A stretch of 63,770 nt of DNA, filler included, from Asterionella formosa (taxonomy: Eukaryota), in NCBI GenBank assembly GCA_002256025.1. It is 19 parts of 19 records of this genome, joined end to end, with 100 filler letters (N's around TTAATTAATTAA, not from the genome) between each part and the next. Parts side by side here need not be neighbours in the genome. Positions count along the whole stretch, not along the records: positions 25,869 to 46,196 come from NKIB01003392.1; 18 more parts are not named here. One strand, written 5' to 3'. Each line of letters opens with the position of its first letter. Within the stretch, counting starts at the first letter, position 1. The position numbers were made by a program, and so were the translations under genes. Under the pieces are notes generated by a model. That model was given only the letters and a program-made list of their open reading frames with translations, ran no database searches and had not been told where the DNA came from. Positions 33,135 to 45,006 of the stretch are shown piece after piece.

Positions 33135-34733
33135 TTAGAATCTGGTGTTCACGGTAGAAAAGTCGAAGGGCGCGGCGACAGGGCTCATTTGTCCTTGGCT
33201 GCCAAACAGGTTTTTGGGCGCCGGTGCGCCGAACGAGAACACATTGCCATTAATGGCAGGTGCAAGGTTTTCGTCTTCAACCTCTTCTTCCCCGAAAAAA
33301 CGTTCAATCATATTGATCGCTTTGTTATAGATCGTATCGTCAGTGTGCTGCTGGAGTGCTTCAATCTTATCGATGCCTCCGTATTGATCAAGCAATGTGA
33401 CAAAGTCCTGGTTATTTCGTTCACCAACAACAAGGATGTTCTCAATAGCATCTAGAGCGGCCACTACAAGTCTATTCTCTCCGGGGATGTCTAAGACATT
33501 ACACATGGCTTCAAGACCATCGGCTTGTACAAGACTTTGAACGTGGAAGTCGTTGCCACCCGTGAAGATATTAGAAACGGACCAAATTGCTTCCTTTCTT
33601 ACATCCCATCCTTCATTCTTTGCATTTTCGACAAGAAGCTGAATGATCTTTCTCTGCTTGAAGACGCTTCCAATTTGCGATTGTGTTCCCGCAGAAATAT
33701 TGGATAAAAGCCAGCATGTTTCCTTACGGATAGCACGCTTCTCATTTTGTAGTAGTTTCACGGCAATTTCCAAGACACCAGCATCAATTACTGCCTGTGT
33801 CTGTTGAGCATTGCCAGTGACAAAATTACCTGCAGTTCTTAGGGCTGGAGTGAGAAGCTTTGGGTTGCCTTCATCAAGTATTTTAACCACAATTTTCGTG
33901 CAGTCCGTGTCCATGACGGCCTGAATACGTTCATCATCGCCATCGCTTGCGTATGATAGGGCCCAGAGAACATCGGCAAGCATATCATGTTTCGACTTCA
34001 TCGTTTCGTCAGCTGAAAGAGAATTCAATAGCCAGGCAAGCCCAGGTAAGGCGGGAGCAATCAATGCAAGATCCGGCTGTGGTTTTCCACGACAAAGATT
34101 GGATATAGACCACGTTACATTTGCAAGAAGGGTTTCGTTTGCTGGTTGCTCAACATTCAAGAGGAGGGATGGGAGTGCGTTAGCCTTCAACACCATATCA
34201 CGATACATTGCACCATCTCCTGAGATATTTCCAAGGCACCATGCTGCCTGTTCCCTAACATTTTCATCGACAGAGCGAAGGAGAACTACCATTGGCTCGA
34301 TGACACCAGCTTCCACAACATCGCATGTGAAGTCAGTAGACGCGATATTTGTGAGAGCCCAGGCGGCTTCGAAGACAAGCTCTCCACAGTCCAATCTACT
34401 AAGTACAGCGATGAGCGGAGCGATAGCGCCGGCTTGAATCACGTCTGCAACAGGCGGGTTGGTCGAAACAGACAGCATGCGACGGATTCCTCGCACAGAC
34501 TTAATAAGTGTTGGGAAATCAGAGTCACCGTTCCTGATCTGGCCCACCAGCATAGGAAGATCAGTCGTAAAGTATTTGTCTTTGTCTTCGAATTGGGCTA
34601 TTGTCGACTCTGTAACAACACTTCGTTTCTTTAGGAGCTGCTCATTCTTCTTTGTCTTTCTGATTTGGATCCGCGTGTCTTCTCGGCGGCGACGACCATC
34701 ATCAACAGAGACAAGCTTCTTGTGTTTGTCCAT
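33135..34733 (-). CDS. Importin subunit alpha (532 aa)
   Basis: IBB domain RRRRED...IRK...KKR, ARM repeats FEAAWALTNIAS, REQAAWCLGNISGD and WSISNLCRGKP, and C-terminal KIEALQQH. Confidence 0.97.
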   Translation of the reverse strand: MDKHKKLVSVDDGRRRREDTRIQIRKTKKNEQLLKKRSVVTESTIAQFEDKDKYFTTDLPMLVGQIRNGDSDFPTLIKSVRGIRRMLSVSTNPPVADVIQAGAIAPLIAVLSRLDCGELVFEAAWALTNIASTDFTCDVVEAGVIEPMVVLLRSVDENVREQAAWCLGNISGDGAMYRDMVLKANALPSLLLNVEQPANETLLANVTWSISNLCRGKPQPDLALIAPALPGLAWLLNSLSADETMKSKHDMLADVLWALSYASDGDDERIQAVMDTDCTKIVVKILDEGNPKLLTPALRTAGNFVTGNAQQTQAVIDAGVLEIAVKLLQNEKRAIRKETCWLLSNISAGTQSQIGSVFKQRKIIQLLVENAKNEGWDVRKEAIWSVSNIFTGGNDFHVQSLVQADGLEAMCNVLDIPGENRLVVAALDAIENILVVGERNNQDFVTLLDQYGGIDKIEALQQHTDDTIYNKAINMIERFFGEEEVEDENLAPAINGNVFSFGAPAPKNLFGSQGQMSPVAAPFDFSTVNTRF

Positions 34734-35255
34734 TCGCGATAGTTCTTAAAATATGAAATAGGATCGAGCAATAGATGAGTGAAATTGTGCTGATTTGGAA
34801 TCTGTAAGTAATCCAAGAACGGACAAGCGCCACTGTTAATGATCCCTTGTCGACCCTTTCGATCTCCCTTGTATCCCGTAATCTGTGAAGCACTTCACTT
34901 ACCTGTTGGCTTGCTCATTTTACTTTCTTAATATTCGTGATGTTGATGCGTGGTAGAAGGAGTTCTTTATAATTGTGAGGAGCGATAGATGTTTTGCTTC
35001 CAATAACGACATGAGGGAACTGGCGATTTGTGTGGTACAGATGAAATGTGAGAATCCATGTGTCTCACAATACTAGTCGTTGGGCGGTTATATGCAATAT
35101 CGAATGTTTTGGAATTGATTGGTCCAAATTTCAAAATAGGAACACCCCCCAGAACGTTTAGTCCTATGTATGTATCAGCCTGTCTTCCATACCGGTAGGT
35201 ACCAGGTACAATCCTGTCGGTTTTATGATCATCCACGCACCACTCAGAACTTCCT

Positions 35256-35550
35256 CAAGATTCAATTACCAGTACACTTTGGTTCTACTGTATCATATAC
35301 GGCCGTAGGCAGTACCCCGAGTAGCACAGACGACAAAGCAAGAGGAACACCGAGACATGCTGTCGGTGGCTGATGCTGTGCACATCAAAACAAGATTTAA
35401 TTACCAGGTCACTTTGGTACTACCATAGATGTAGGCAGCACTCTGAGTACCGGTAGCACAAAAGACAAAGCAAGAGGAATACCGAGACATGCTGTGGCTG
35501 GCTGTACAATACCTGGTACCTGGTACCAGTACCTGGTACAGTACATCAAA
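35256..35550 (+). repeat. Diverged 135-bp tandem duplication in the importin/GAPDH divergent promoter region
   Basis: CAAGATT(C/T)AATTACCAG...GTAGGCAG...GACAAAGCAAGAGGAA.ACCGAGACATGCTGT at 35256 and 35391. Copy 2 is expanded by TA-motif insertions. Confidence 0.9.
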
Positions 35551-35836
35551 CTACCGGTACGTCTGGCGGTCAAATCAGCAAATATCACACGGAAACCAAT
35601 AACCAATTCGTCATCACAGATACCGACACCACAACGTCACTTCATCGCGTCACATGCGAAGCTGAATTGTTGACACCTCCTACTTCTGGCCTGATACTTT
35701 TGTGAGTGATGCGATGAAAGCGTTCCCATCTGCTTCTGTGAAGTTCGCTTCAGTGCGGTTCTCATATTCGTTGCTTGCCGCAGAAGGATCCAAACAAAAG
35801 GAAAGATCATAAAAACAGGAAACTGCCACAAGATAA

Positions 35837-36971
<1,135 letters not shown>

Positions 36972-37236
36972 ACTCAAAAAGTTTTAGGAACAATGCAACA
37001 TCAAAACAATAATATTGTAAGGAATATTTAGAGCAGAACATAAGCCTTTACTATATGTCAGGGTATTCACGGCTAAATTAGGTTGTCGTCCATTTCTTTT
37101 CCGTTTGTATGAAGGCAGAAGTCAACGCTTCACTCCGCGTAATATTTGAATATACAGTCTGACACAGAATTACAATAACGCATTCTCTAATATAGCAGTA
37201 TCCTCCGCCCGTGATTGTTTCACGAGCCAACGTCGC

Positions 37237-39981
37237 TCATTCCTTCTGTTGAGAAATAACATCTGCGCCTCGGGATGCAAGGTTGGACAGAGTCCGCGCC
37301 GCTGAATTTGTAAGCTCATCGGACAACTCATCATGCTTTAACGTCGACTCTATGTTCGCACTTGCTGTCTTGAGTAATGACGAAGCAAACTTCCCCCCAA
37401 GTTGACCCACTAGTGGAGCATATAGAGGTACATTCTCACGAAGTTCCTTCATTACCAAGGCCGCTTGTTCTGGGTCAAATTGAAGAGATCGAGCAGCTTG
37501 TGTCGGAACTCCACCATCAACCATAATAGTACCGGTCAGTGATGGTGCCACTTGTTGAGGGAAGAAGCTTGAAAATTTTCCTACTAAAGCCTGAGCTTGT
37601 TCTTCAGATTCCGTTTTTCTCAAGAAAGGCTCAATTCCGCCTTCAATAGGTAAAATAGGAAGAACTCGGCCAAGTCCAAGAGGCAAGGCGTCGCGGAATC
37701 GCCGAGGACCATCAATAAGAGTATCGCGAAGGGCATCTTTCACGTTTGCTGATGTCGCTAGGACACTCTCTTCTACTAACAAGTTTTGTACCATGTTGCC
37801 GTCCTTGGCAAGGAGAATATCTGAAGCGTCCTTGGCCAGTGTAATGGCAGCTTCCGTATCGGCGAGAACATTTTTGCTATTTCCTACCTCTGTGGATGTT
37901 GTTTCAATACTCTTTGTATTTGTTGTGTACTTTGCAAATCCGTCAGCTAAATCCGAGAGTCGTTCGGCATTCACAGCATTACCTGTTCCGTACAACAAGT
38001 CACGAAGGGCCTTTTGTGCCCTTGGCGAATCATCTGCGACCAAACGCTTTGCCACATAAGGAAAGCAGCTTTTGATAATACTATAATTCTCATCAGCTTG
38101 AAGACTAACTCCTTCCAAGGTTAAAAAAGCGCGTGATGTGTAAACAAACCATGACGGAATAGAAAAGGCATCAGCATTTCTCTTTTGCAGTTCTTCCACT
38201 TCCATGGTAATTCCCGTAACAGCCGACGCTCTCTGTCGAGATTCTTCCATTTGCTGCTTCATGTCATCTCTCATTTGCACTCGCAATTCCTCATCCGACA
38301 AATCGGGATATCGGTCTTTAAACTCCGAAACGATACGATCACGCATTTTATCAGCTCCACCACCCTGACCAGCTTGTTTGAGTATGTATGTGAGTGGTTC
38401 GAGAAATCCCGACGCACGAACAGTATCCAATCGCTCTGCCTTCAAGAATCCCAACTGTACCAAGTCTTCTGGAATTCGGTCAAAGTCTTCTCCTGTTAAA
38501 TGCGCGACAAACTCCAATAGTGAGTACTGTAGTGTGGGTTCTGTTTCCAACGTCATTCCAAAGTCTAAAATACAAAGTCTCCCATCGGTTGTAACAAGTA
38601 AGTTTCCAGGATGTGGATCACAGTGCAATGATTGCAATTCCAGTAGCATGACAAGGTATGCATTCAATGCCACAGAGCAAAGCCTGGGAACAGACGCTGC
38701 ATTACTTTTGTCTAATCGGACTCCGTCTACCCATTCCGTCATTAGAATTCTGTTGGTGCTGTATTCTGGCAGCACAATGGGTGCTGTTACGGCCATCAAA
38801 TTGCGTTTGATCATTTCTTCATTGAATCGCATGGTGTTTGCAGCTTCTAATTGATAATCCAACTCGGAAATAAAGCCACGTCCCCACTCATTCGCCAGAG
38901 AAGAAAAGTCTGTCGCCGATCTCGTCCACCATTGATAGAACGGTGCCAAGTACTCCTTCACTAGGTACAAGTCAAGTGCAATATCACTGAGTGCATTTGG
39001 CCGTTGAATTTTCACAGCCACGTCCGTTTGTCCTATACGTGCCTTGTACACTTGCCCAATCGATGCCGATGCGACCGGTTCTCGGGTCATGTCCTTAATT
39101 TGCGCATATTTGGCAGCCCCCAATTCTGCCTCCAACAATGCCTTGGCTTCCTCGGTATCAAATGGTGGCACTCGGTCTTGCAATGTCGCTAGAGCGGTTG
39201 CGTATTCTGTGGGGATCAAATCAGGTCGCACCGACAGGGCTTGTCCTACCTTGATGGCCGTCGGTCCTGCCGTTTGAATGAGCTTGAGCAATTCTTGCGC
39301 CCGTTGTTCTCTGGGCTCTTGCTTCGTTATGTATTTGTCAATGATAACATTCAAAAGGAAGGCGTTGGATATACGAAACAGTTGCAGCGACCGTTGAATA
39401 AGAATCATGGGATGCTTGGAATAATATATGCTCGCCTGGAGTGGATCATAGTCCCCCCGTTGGTAGGGTTCGTAGCCTTGCCTAAAATTGTCCGGCGGGT
39501 TGGATAAGTTGGTGTAGGCAGCCGTTAGTATGAGTTGCAGTGGCAGAAGCGCAATGGAGAGCTGCACCCATCCGTCGAGTGCAGTAAAGGCCTGGAGTAG
39601 ACTGTCTAGTATGGTTTGTATCTGCGCGACTGCGGGTCCTGGAGTGACCAGCTGCGTCCATTCAATGCCCCGAACGTCCTGGGCGAGTTCCGACAAGAGG
39701 TCCTTCGTCATGGCCTTGTCAACCAGCGCAGCGACATCTGCCCATGAGTCATCGAGCGATAGTTGCAACGTCGTGGAAGAATGGGCAGCAGCAGCTGCTG
39801 ATGCGGAATGGTGCTGACGGCGACTCTTCGTGTGATGCGGAACAAGCGGAAACGAAGAAACAATCCTGCAAGAGGACAAACTACCAGAGAAGAATACGAG
39901 GACTGCAAGAGCCAGGGCTCCGTTCCTCGACTTGTCGGCCATCATGACAGTGCAGTACCGGTACGCAATCACAACTGACAA
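37237..39981 (-). CDS. ABC1K/UbiB-family atypical kinase, probably plastid-targeted (true start may be about 39945)
   Basis: IKVGQALSVRPD, VASASIGQVY, VAVKIQRP, HCDPHPGN and LDFGM. Signal peptide with an SSF junction plus a Ser/Ala-rich transit peptide. Confidence 0.93.
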   Translation of the reverse strand: MSVVIAYRYCTVMMADKSRNGALALAVLVFFSGSLSSCRIVSSFPLVPHHTKSRRQHHSASAAAAAHSSTTLQLSLDDSWADVAALVDKAMTKDLLSELAQDVRGIEWTQLVTPGPAVAQIQTILDSLLQAFTALDGWVQLSIALLPLQLILTAAYTNLSNPPDNFRQGYEPYQRGDYDPLQASIYYSKHPMILIQRSLQLFRISNAFLLNVIIDKYITKQEPREQRAQELLKLIQTAGPTAIKVGQALSVRPDLIPTEYATALATLQDRVPPFDTEEAKALLEAELGAAKYAQIKDMTREPVASASIGQVYKARIGQTDVAVKIQRPNALSDIALDLYLVKEYLAPFYQWWTRSATDFSSLANEWGRGFISELDYQLEAANTMRFNEEMIKRNLMAVTAPIVLPEYSTNRILMTEWVDGVRLDKSNAASVPRLCSVALNAYLVMLLELQSLHCDPHPGNLLVTTDGRLCILDFGMTLETEPTLQYSLLEFVAHLTGEDFDRIPEDLVQLGFLKAERLDTVRASGFLEPLTYILKQAGQGGGADKMRDRIVSEFKDRYPDLSDEELRVQMRDDMKQQMEESRQRASAVTGITMEVEELQKRNADAFSIPSWFVYTSRAFLTLEGVSLQADENYSIIKSCFPYVAKRLVADDSPRAQKALRDLLYGTGNAVNAERLSDLADGFAKYTTNTKSIETTSTEVGNSKNVLADTEAAITLAKDASDILLAKDGNMVQNLLVEESVLATSANVKDALRDTLIDGPRRFRDALPLGLGRVLPILPIEGGIEPFLRKTESEEQAQALVGKFSSFFPQQVAPSLTGTIMVDGGVPTQAARSLQFDPEQAALVMKELRENVPLYAPLVGQLGGKFASSLLKTASANIESTLKHDELSDELTNSAARTLSNLASRGADVISQQKE

Positions 39982-40577
39982 TGATGCCGGAGGTGAGGTC
40001 TACAGTGGGTATGCCTTTCTGTTGTTGTCAGTATGTGTACCGGTATACCGGTAGTCGCTATTTCCGTGATACCAGTATGTCGAAAGAAATAATAAAAACT
40101 GGTCACAGGCAGAAATTGTCATTTTTCACGCACAGCCGACGAAGACGTGACGAAAAAAGAAGAAAGGAGAAGATGACGTGTGACTAGCCGATGACTAATT
40201 AGCAGAGTACCCGGTATGTATGTATGAATACCGGTGGTACGCTGGTACGTGGTACCAGGTAGTCTATGTAGTTGAACAATGTAAATGCTTATGTACCTAG
40301 TATACCCAGAGTACCCCGGTACCAGGTACCTGGTGCCTGGACCAAATAGGCAAGAGTGACGAATGTGATGCAGAAGCAACATATGGTGAGTCAGTCCATT
40401 TGCTTTACTCATAAAATTAGAATGATCGTCACTGCTTGTACCAATACCAGGTACCAGGTACCCGGTATGATATCGCTCCATCAGCAGCAGATAAATAACC
40501 CATCCTCAGCCAAATCACATGCAATAAGAATGATCCGACTGTACCGGTACCAGGAACCTGGTACGGTACCGGTACCA

Positions 40578-40727
40578 GGTGGTGCCAGATACCTGCAAGT
40601 TGCGGTAATTGTGCTTTAAGGTGGTGCCAGATACCTGCAAGTTGCGGTAATTGTGCTTAAACTAAAAGTTTAGCTTCCTTTATCCTACATTAAATTGATT
40701 TTTAAAGCCAAAATACCGCAAATTGCC
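40578..40727 (+). repeat. 42-bp tandem duplication plus MITE-like element
   Basis: GGTGGTGCCAGATACCTGCAAGTTGCGGTAATTGTGCTT occurs at 40578 and 40620, with a TTAA at the junction. The sequence continues into the homolog of 27897-28022. Confidence 0.75.
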
Positions 40728-41059
40728 TTGTACCAGTTACCAGGTACCTGGTCCCATTATAATCACTACATTCACAGGATATTCATACAGAAAATATAAA
40801 GCTATGATGATTTTCTTGGCAACCCAAACGTCCTGTCGTTGCTTATGGCTGTACAAATATTGAAGTCAAATCTGGTTCAATTCCTGAAATTTTGGGGTTC
40901 ACACATTTTCATGTCTACCGGTAATCGAAACTAGCTATTTAACTTGCATCCGCAATAATGGTTGTATAGACTAAATCAGTCATTTATTATGTCAACCTGG
41001 AATTAGCAATAGCAATGTTATCATAAAGTATCAAGCATGATGATGACAGCGTCCTGTCA

Positions 41060-42382
41060 TTAAAAACCTAGACCAAATTCATCATCATTGAGGGTCTTGC
41101 GTGGTTTGTTTTTTAGCAAAGACTCATATTTGCCTCCTGTATATTCTCCTCCCAGCTGGGTAACAGCATTGTAAGCAATGCCCAAATCCTTCAAGTAGCT
41201 TAGATTTGACGACCCATACTTGTTTAACCAAGACTGTGCTGTGGGGTTATCCTTGTCCAACAAGACAGCTCCAATCCAACCCACGTTTGTCACTTCTCCT
41301 GTGCCCCCCTTTTTCATGCTTAACCCATTCAACTCCTTCAAATACTTGTTGAAAGACTTTTGATCAATCCCCGAAGACACTTGTTGGCCAAATGCTTGTT
41401 CTCTTGTTCCAAATGAATCAGCAATGTACCATCCATCATCAGGATCTTCCTCATAATCGTCTTTCGCCATGGCATTGAAATCTTCATCTGTCAGCTTTTT
41501 GTAATCACTCATACGACCCATTTTGCCACGTTCTACATACTTGGCTCGCTCTTTGGGTTTCACAGCATCCGTCGGCACTTGCTCCAACGTCAAGAGCGCC
41601 CCCAACAAAGTGGTCATTTCTCGTTCAGTCAAGCCCGCCTGCCGAAAGACCCTGTTCACTTCCTGGGGTGTAGCTTTCCCATTGAACAGATCCAACGGAA
41701 TGGTGTTGGGCAATTCCACCCCCTTGGGAGGCTCGGTTCGTCCCAATTGGACTGACAGAACAGGTCCCCCAATTGACTCAATGGCCTCTGCTCCAGCAAT
41801 GGCCACAGCGTCCGGAATTGTAATGGCCGTATACTTGGTTAGCGCAATACTGGCTTGAATCAGCACAGTGGATGCTTCTTGCAACAGTTTCGTGTACTCG
41901 TCCTTGGGTTCGCCCATGGACAGGGCTCGACGAACCACACGTCCGTCGGGACCATATTCTTTCGTTTTGATATTGTACGAAAGGCCATCTAGCAACGCTA
42001 ATTGGAAAAACGATGGCGCGAGCTTTGGATTCTTGAGAATGGCTTGTCGGACACGTTCGCGAAGTGTGTCGACCGCAGCGACGCGATTTTCTTGATCACC
42101 GTACATGGCCGGATCCAAGTAGACGGAAGCAGAGGCAGATGCCGTGGGTAACAGAAGCACACTACTAGCAGCTGCTGCTGCTGTTACCAAGGAGGAGTAC
42201 AGCATGTCTCGGCGAGACGCGTCCAACGATGTTGTTGTAGGACAACTACCGGTACTTGACGTGGTTGTAGAGACGGTGTTAGTCACCCGCCTCATTGGAA
42301 CATAAAAGGCGCTACTGCTGAGAGATGATGATGTGCCTGCTAGCAACAGCAGCAACCAGGCTAGTTCCAGGGAGCGAACCAT
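41060..42382 (-). CDS. Thylakoid lumen TL29/APX4-like peroxidase-fold protein (440 aa)
   Basis: Signal peptide + SSAF, transit peptide, twin-Arg SRRDML...ASA. PSFFQLALLDGLSY...GPDG and DAVAIAGAEAIESIGGP...LGR fit the class I peroxidase fold without the distal Arg/His. Confidence 0.8.
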   Translation of the reverse strand: MVRSLELAWLLLLLAGTSSSLSSSAFYVPMRRVTNTVSTTTSSTGSCPTTTSLDASRRDMLYSSLVTAAAAASSVLLLPTASASASVYLDPAMYGDQENRVAAVDTLRERVRQAILKNPKLAPSFFQLALLDGLSYNIKTKEYGPDGRVVRRALSMGEPKDEYTKLLQEASTVLIQASIALTKYTAITIPDAVAIAGAEAIESIGGPVLSVQLGRTEPPKGVELPNTIPLDLFNGKATPQEVNRVFRQAGLTEREMTTLLGALLTLEQVPTDAVKPKERAKYVERGKMGRMSDYKKLTDEDFNAMAKDDYEEDPDDGWYIADSFGTREQAFGQQVSSGIDQKSFNKYLKELNGLSMKKGGTGEVTNVGWIGAVLLDKDNPTAQSWLNKYGSSNLSYLKDLGIAYNAVTQLGGEYTGGKYESLLKNKPRKTLNDDEFGLGF

Positions 42383-42759
42383 GTTCTTCTTCTTGTGCTT
42401 TCACTATAATGTCGTCTTGAGGTGATCTGAAGGGAGTGAGAAGGGCCGTGTGACAAGCAAAGTGTAAACAAATCTATCTCCCTGATGCCTTGCCCTCCGT
42501 CAGTACATGTAAGCACAGAGTCAGCAGCATCATTCGTATACCGGTAGACACCCAACAACTCGGCCACCCCGGCCAATGTTCGCAAAAGGCATCATCACGA
42601 CAAAGCCCCGTGACGAGGAATACCGGTATGTAAAGATCCGATGACATACGAAGTAACCCTACCGTACCAGGTGCTCCTCTGTCCAAATAATACCGGTAGT
42701 TGAATCGATTATCGATTACATAGATGTGAAAATATACTCTATTTCTGTAATTAAAGAAT

Positions 42760-43470
42760 TAGGCCGTAGCATCTGAATAAATTAATCGAAACCAATTTAA
42801 CATACATATATCTTTATTGTGCACATCTTGAAATTTTTGTGCTACATATAATAAGCACAATCCAGCACCCTCCCAGAAGTTTTTCCAAAGCTTTTGCCAA
42901 AGCAACTCTGCAAATGGACAATGTAGCACAGCGTGATTGAAGTCTTCATTGAGCCTGCTGCTGTGACACTGGAAACAACAATTGTCCACACTTTTGTCAT
43001 ATTTGCTTCTGCGCTGGAAAGTTGCCAGTAGATCAACTCCATGTTAAATATTATCATTTTCTTCGACCCTATCATGTCTTTTATTGCTTTGGACCCTGCC
43101 TTCCAGTCCAGTCCATCTTCTCAAAACCATAGTAGCAAGTAACCCTATCCTGCTAATTTCATAATGTATTTTTCCATGACCGCCTGCTTAGTATAGCTAT
43201 GACGCATTTCTTACCGCTAAAGGTAACTGTTTAATGATAAATATATTTCCGATTTGTTATCAAGTAGCTGAGTGTTCTGGATGGAGTCGATAAGATTTCT
43301 CTTTTTGGGAATGCATTTATTGCACTCTTGAACTAAGGTGGCCTGCTTATTGCAGTCACAATTGAGCTGAGCCTGCCATGGTAGTTGATCATATGTACTC
43401 TTGTTAATCTGATGAGACTTCATGTGATGGGGTGGTAGTTGAGATGAAGTACTACTACCACTCAATGAAA
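42760..43470 (-). mobile_element. Degenerate non-LTR retrotransposon (RNase H end + C-terminal zinc knuckle)
   Basis: HMKSHQ...WQAQLNCDCNKQA and CFQCH...EDFNHAVLHCP, with many stops. Confidence 0.65.
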
Positions 43471-45006
43471 TTGCATGGGCTGACCATCATGACCTCAACT
43501 TGCAGTTCTTTGCAGCATCTTCAATGGAGAACGTTCTTCCTCTTCCCATTCAGATGAATTCCCATACATAGGAGGATTAGGAACTGCTGCTGCTAATATT
43601 CTTTCTTGTAATGTAAATTAATCTTTGCCTACTTTTGTCCTTTGTTTGATATTCATGTAGAAATACCATCACCTTGCTTCTTGCTTGTAGAATTCATGAC
43701 CTCATTTGGCTCCAAAGATTGATTTGGAAACACCTTATTCAGATACCTTATCAATTTATTAGTATTAATTGTATGTAATATTTCCATAAGCGTTTTTTCA
43801 TGAAGATATCCCCTGAATTGATCAACTGGCAACCAAACACCATGAATAGCAGGGTTGCTGATTTTTGATATTACTTTTTAAATATCATGTGAAAAGTCAT
43901 TGCCCTAAATCATTCCACTTATGCTGATTAGATGAACTTAATCTAAAAGCCTTTATTGAATCACTTTTGCACAAGAAATGACAGAGGTATTGAGCAACAT
44001 GGTGAGCTAATCGAAACAAATTGGCGTGATATTCCTTCCCACTGTACTAGGAATAAGAAATAAAAATTGTACCATTTCTACGTGGGCTACAATAAATATC
44101 ATTGTTACTATGCAACCGCCCAGCCGTATGAAACATCCCATCCGGTCCGTATACCGGGGCGCTATTTATTACTTATAGGCTATTATGTACCGACAACCTG
44201 TTGATGGTGCACTGTCTATATTTACTTCCCCGCCCTTCTTTCATAAATACCGGGCCATGTTTGTACACGCTCATTTATATTTAGCAACGAATGGATATTC
44301 AGGTGCTCCACGCTATTTTATGGCTAAATTTATAGTTCACTCAACGCCATTACAACCAAAATTCACTGTCATGGAAACCAGGGTACCTGGTACCCTGGTA
44401 CAAAAACCGGTTTCAACTACAAAAGCCCGATGGAGTAGATAACCCGACAATTATTTTTCTCCCTCTGCTTGATATGCATGTATGCATAGCAATGGCTGTC
44501 TTCAATCTTGTGTCGTAGGACCCCCTCTATTGAGATGTCTAGATCGTAGATGCATCTTTTCCCTTTCCAAATATTAATTGACCCTTGGCAAAAAAAAATT
44601 GAAAAAATCATTTCGTGATAATGATGCGTTGAGCTCATCTTTTTACATTATAGTAATTGAAAATGTCAAAAATCATTTCGATACACGCAGGAATGAATTC
44701 CTAGTCGAACCAAGGGGGCATACAAAATATAATGGCCGAATTTCTTTTTTCTTCAACATCATTCCGTTGCCTTACCTGACTATTTTTAAATTAGTCGTCC
44801 GAGGGTGATCATTCTACCAAATACAAGGAATAGGAAACTTCGAACTATATAGACACAAAGCGTTGAGTCCAAGTGATGTTCGACAAAACAATTATTCTAC
44901 CTCAATTTCATTGAACACCATCTGTTGACCATTCCCCCAAAAGGCACCGAGTTTACGCCACAAATTAAGTCGGGCTCCGGAGAACTTTTATAAAGAATTC
45001 TTCGGA

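Noticed and set aside
40119..40619. Short ORFs with YLVPG/YQVPGT peptides (also at 27631, 29806, 35409 and 52443)
   Set aside because: They are translations of the TACCWGG arrays, not a protein family.
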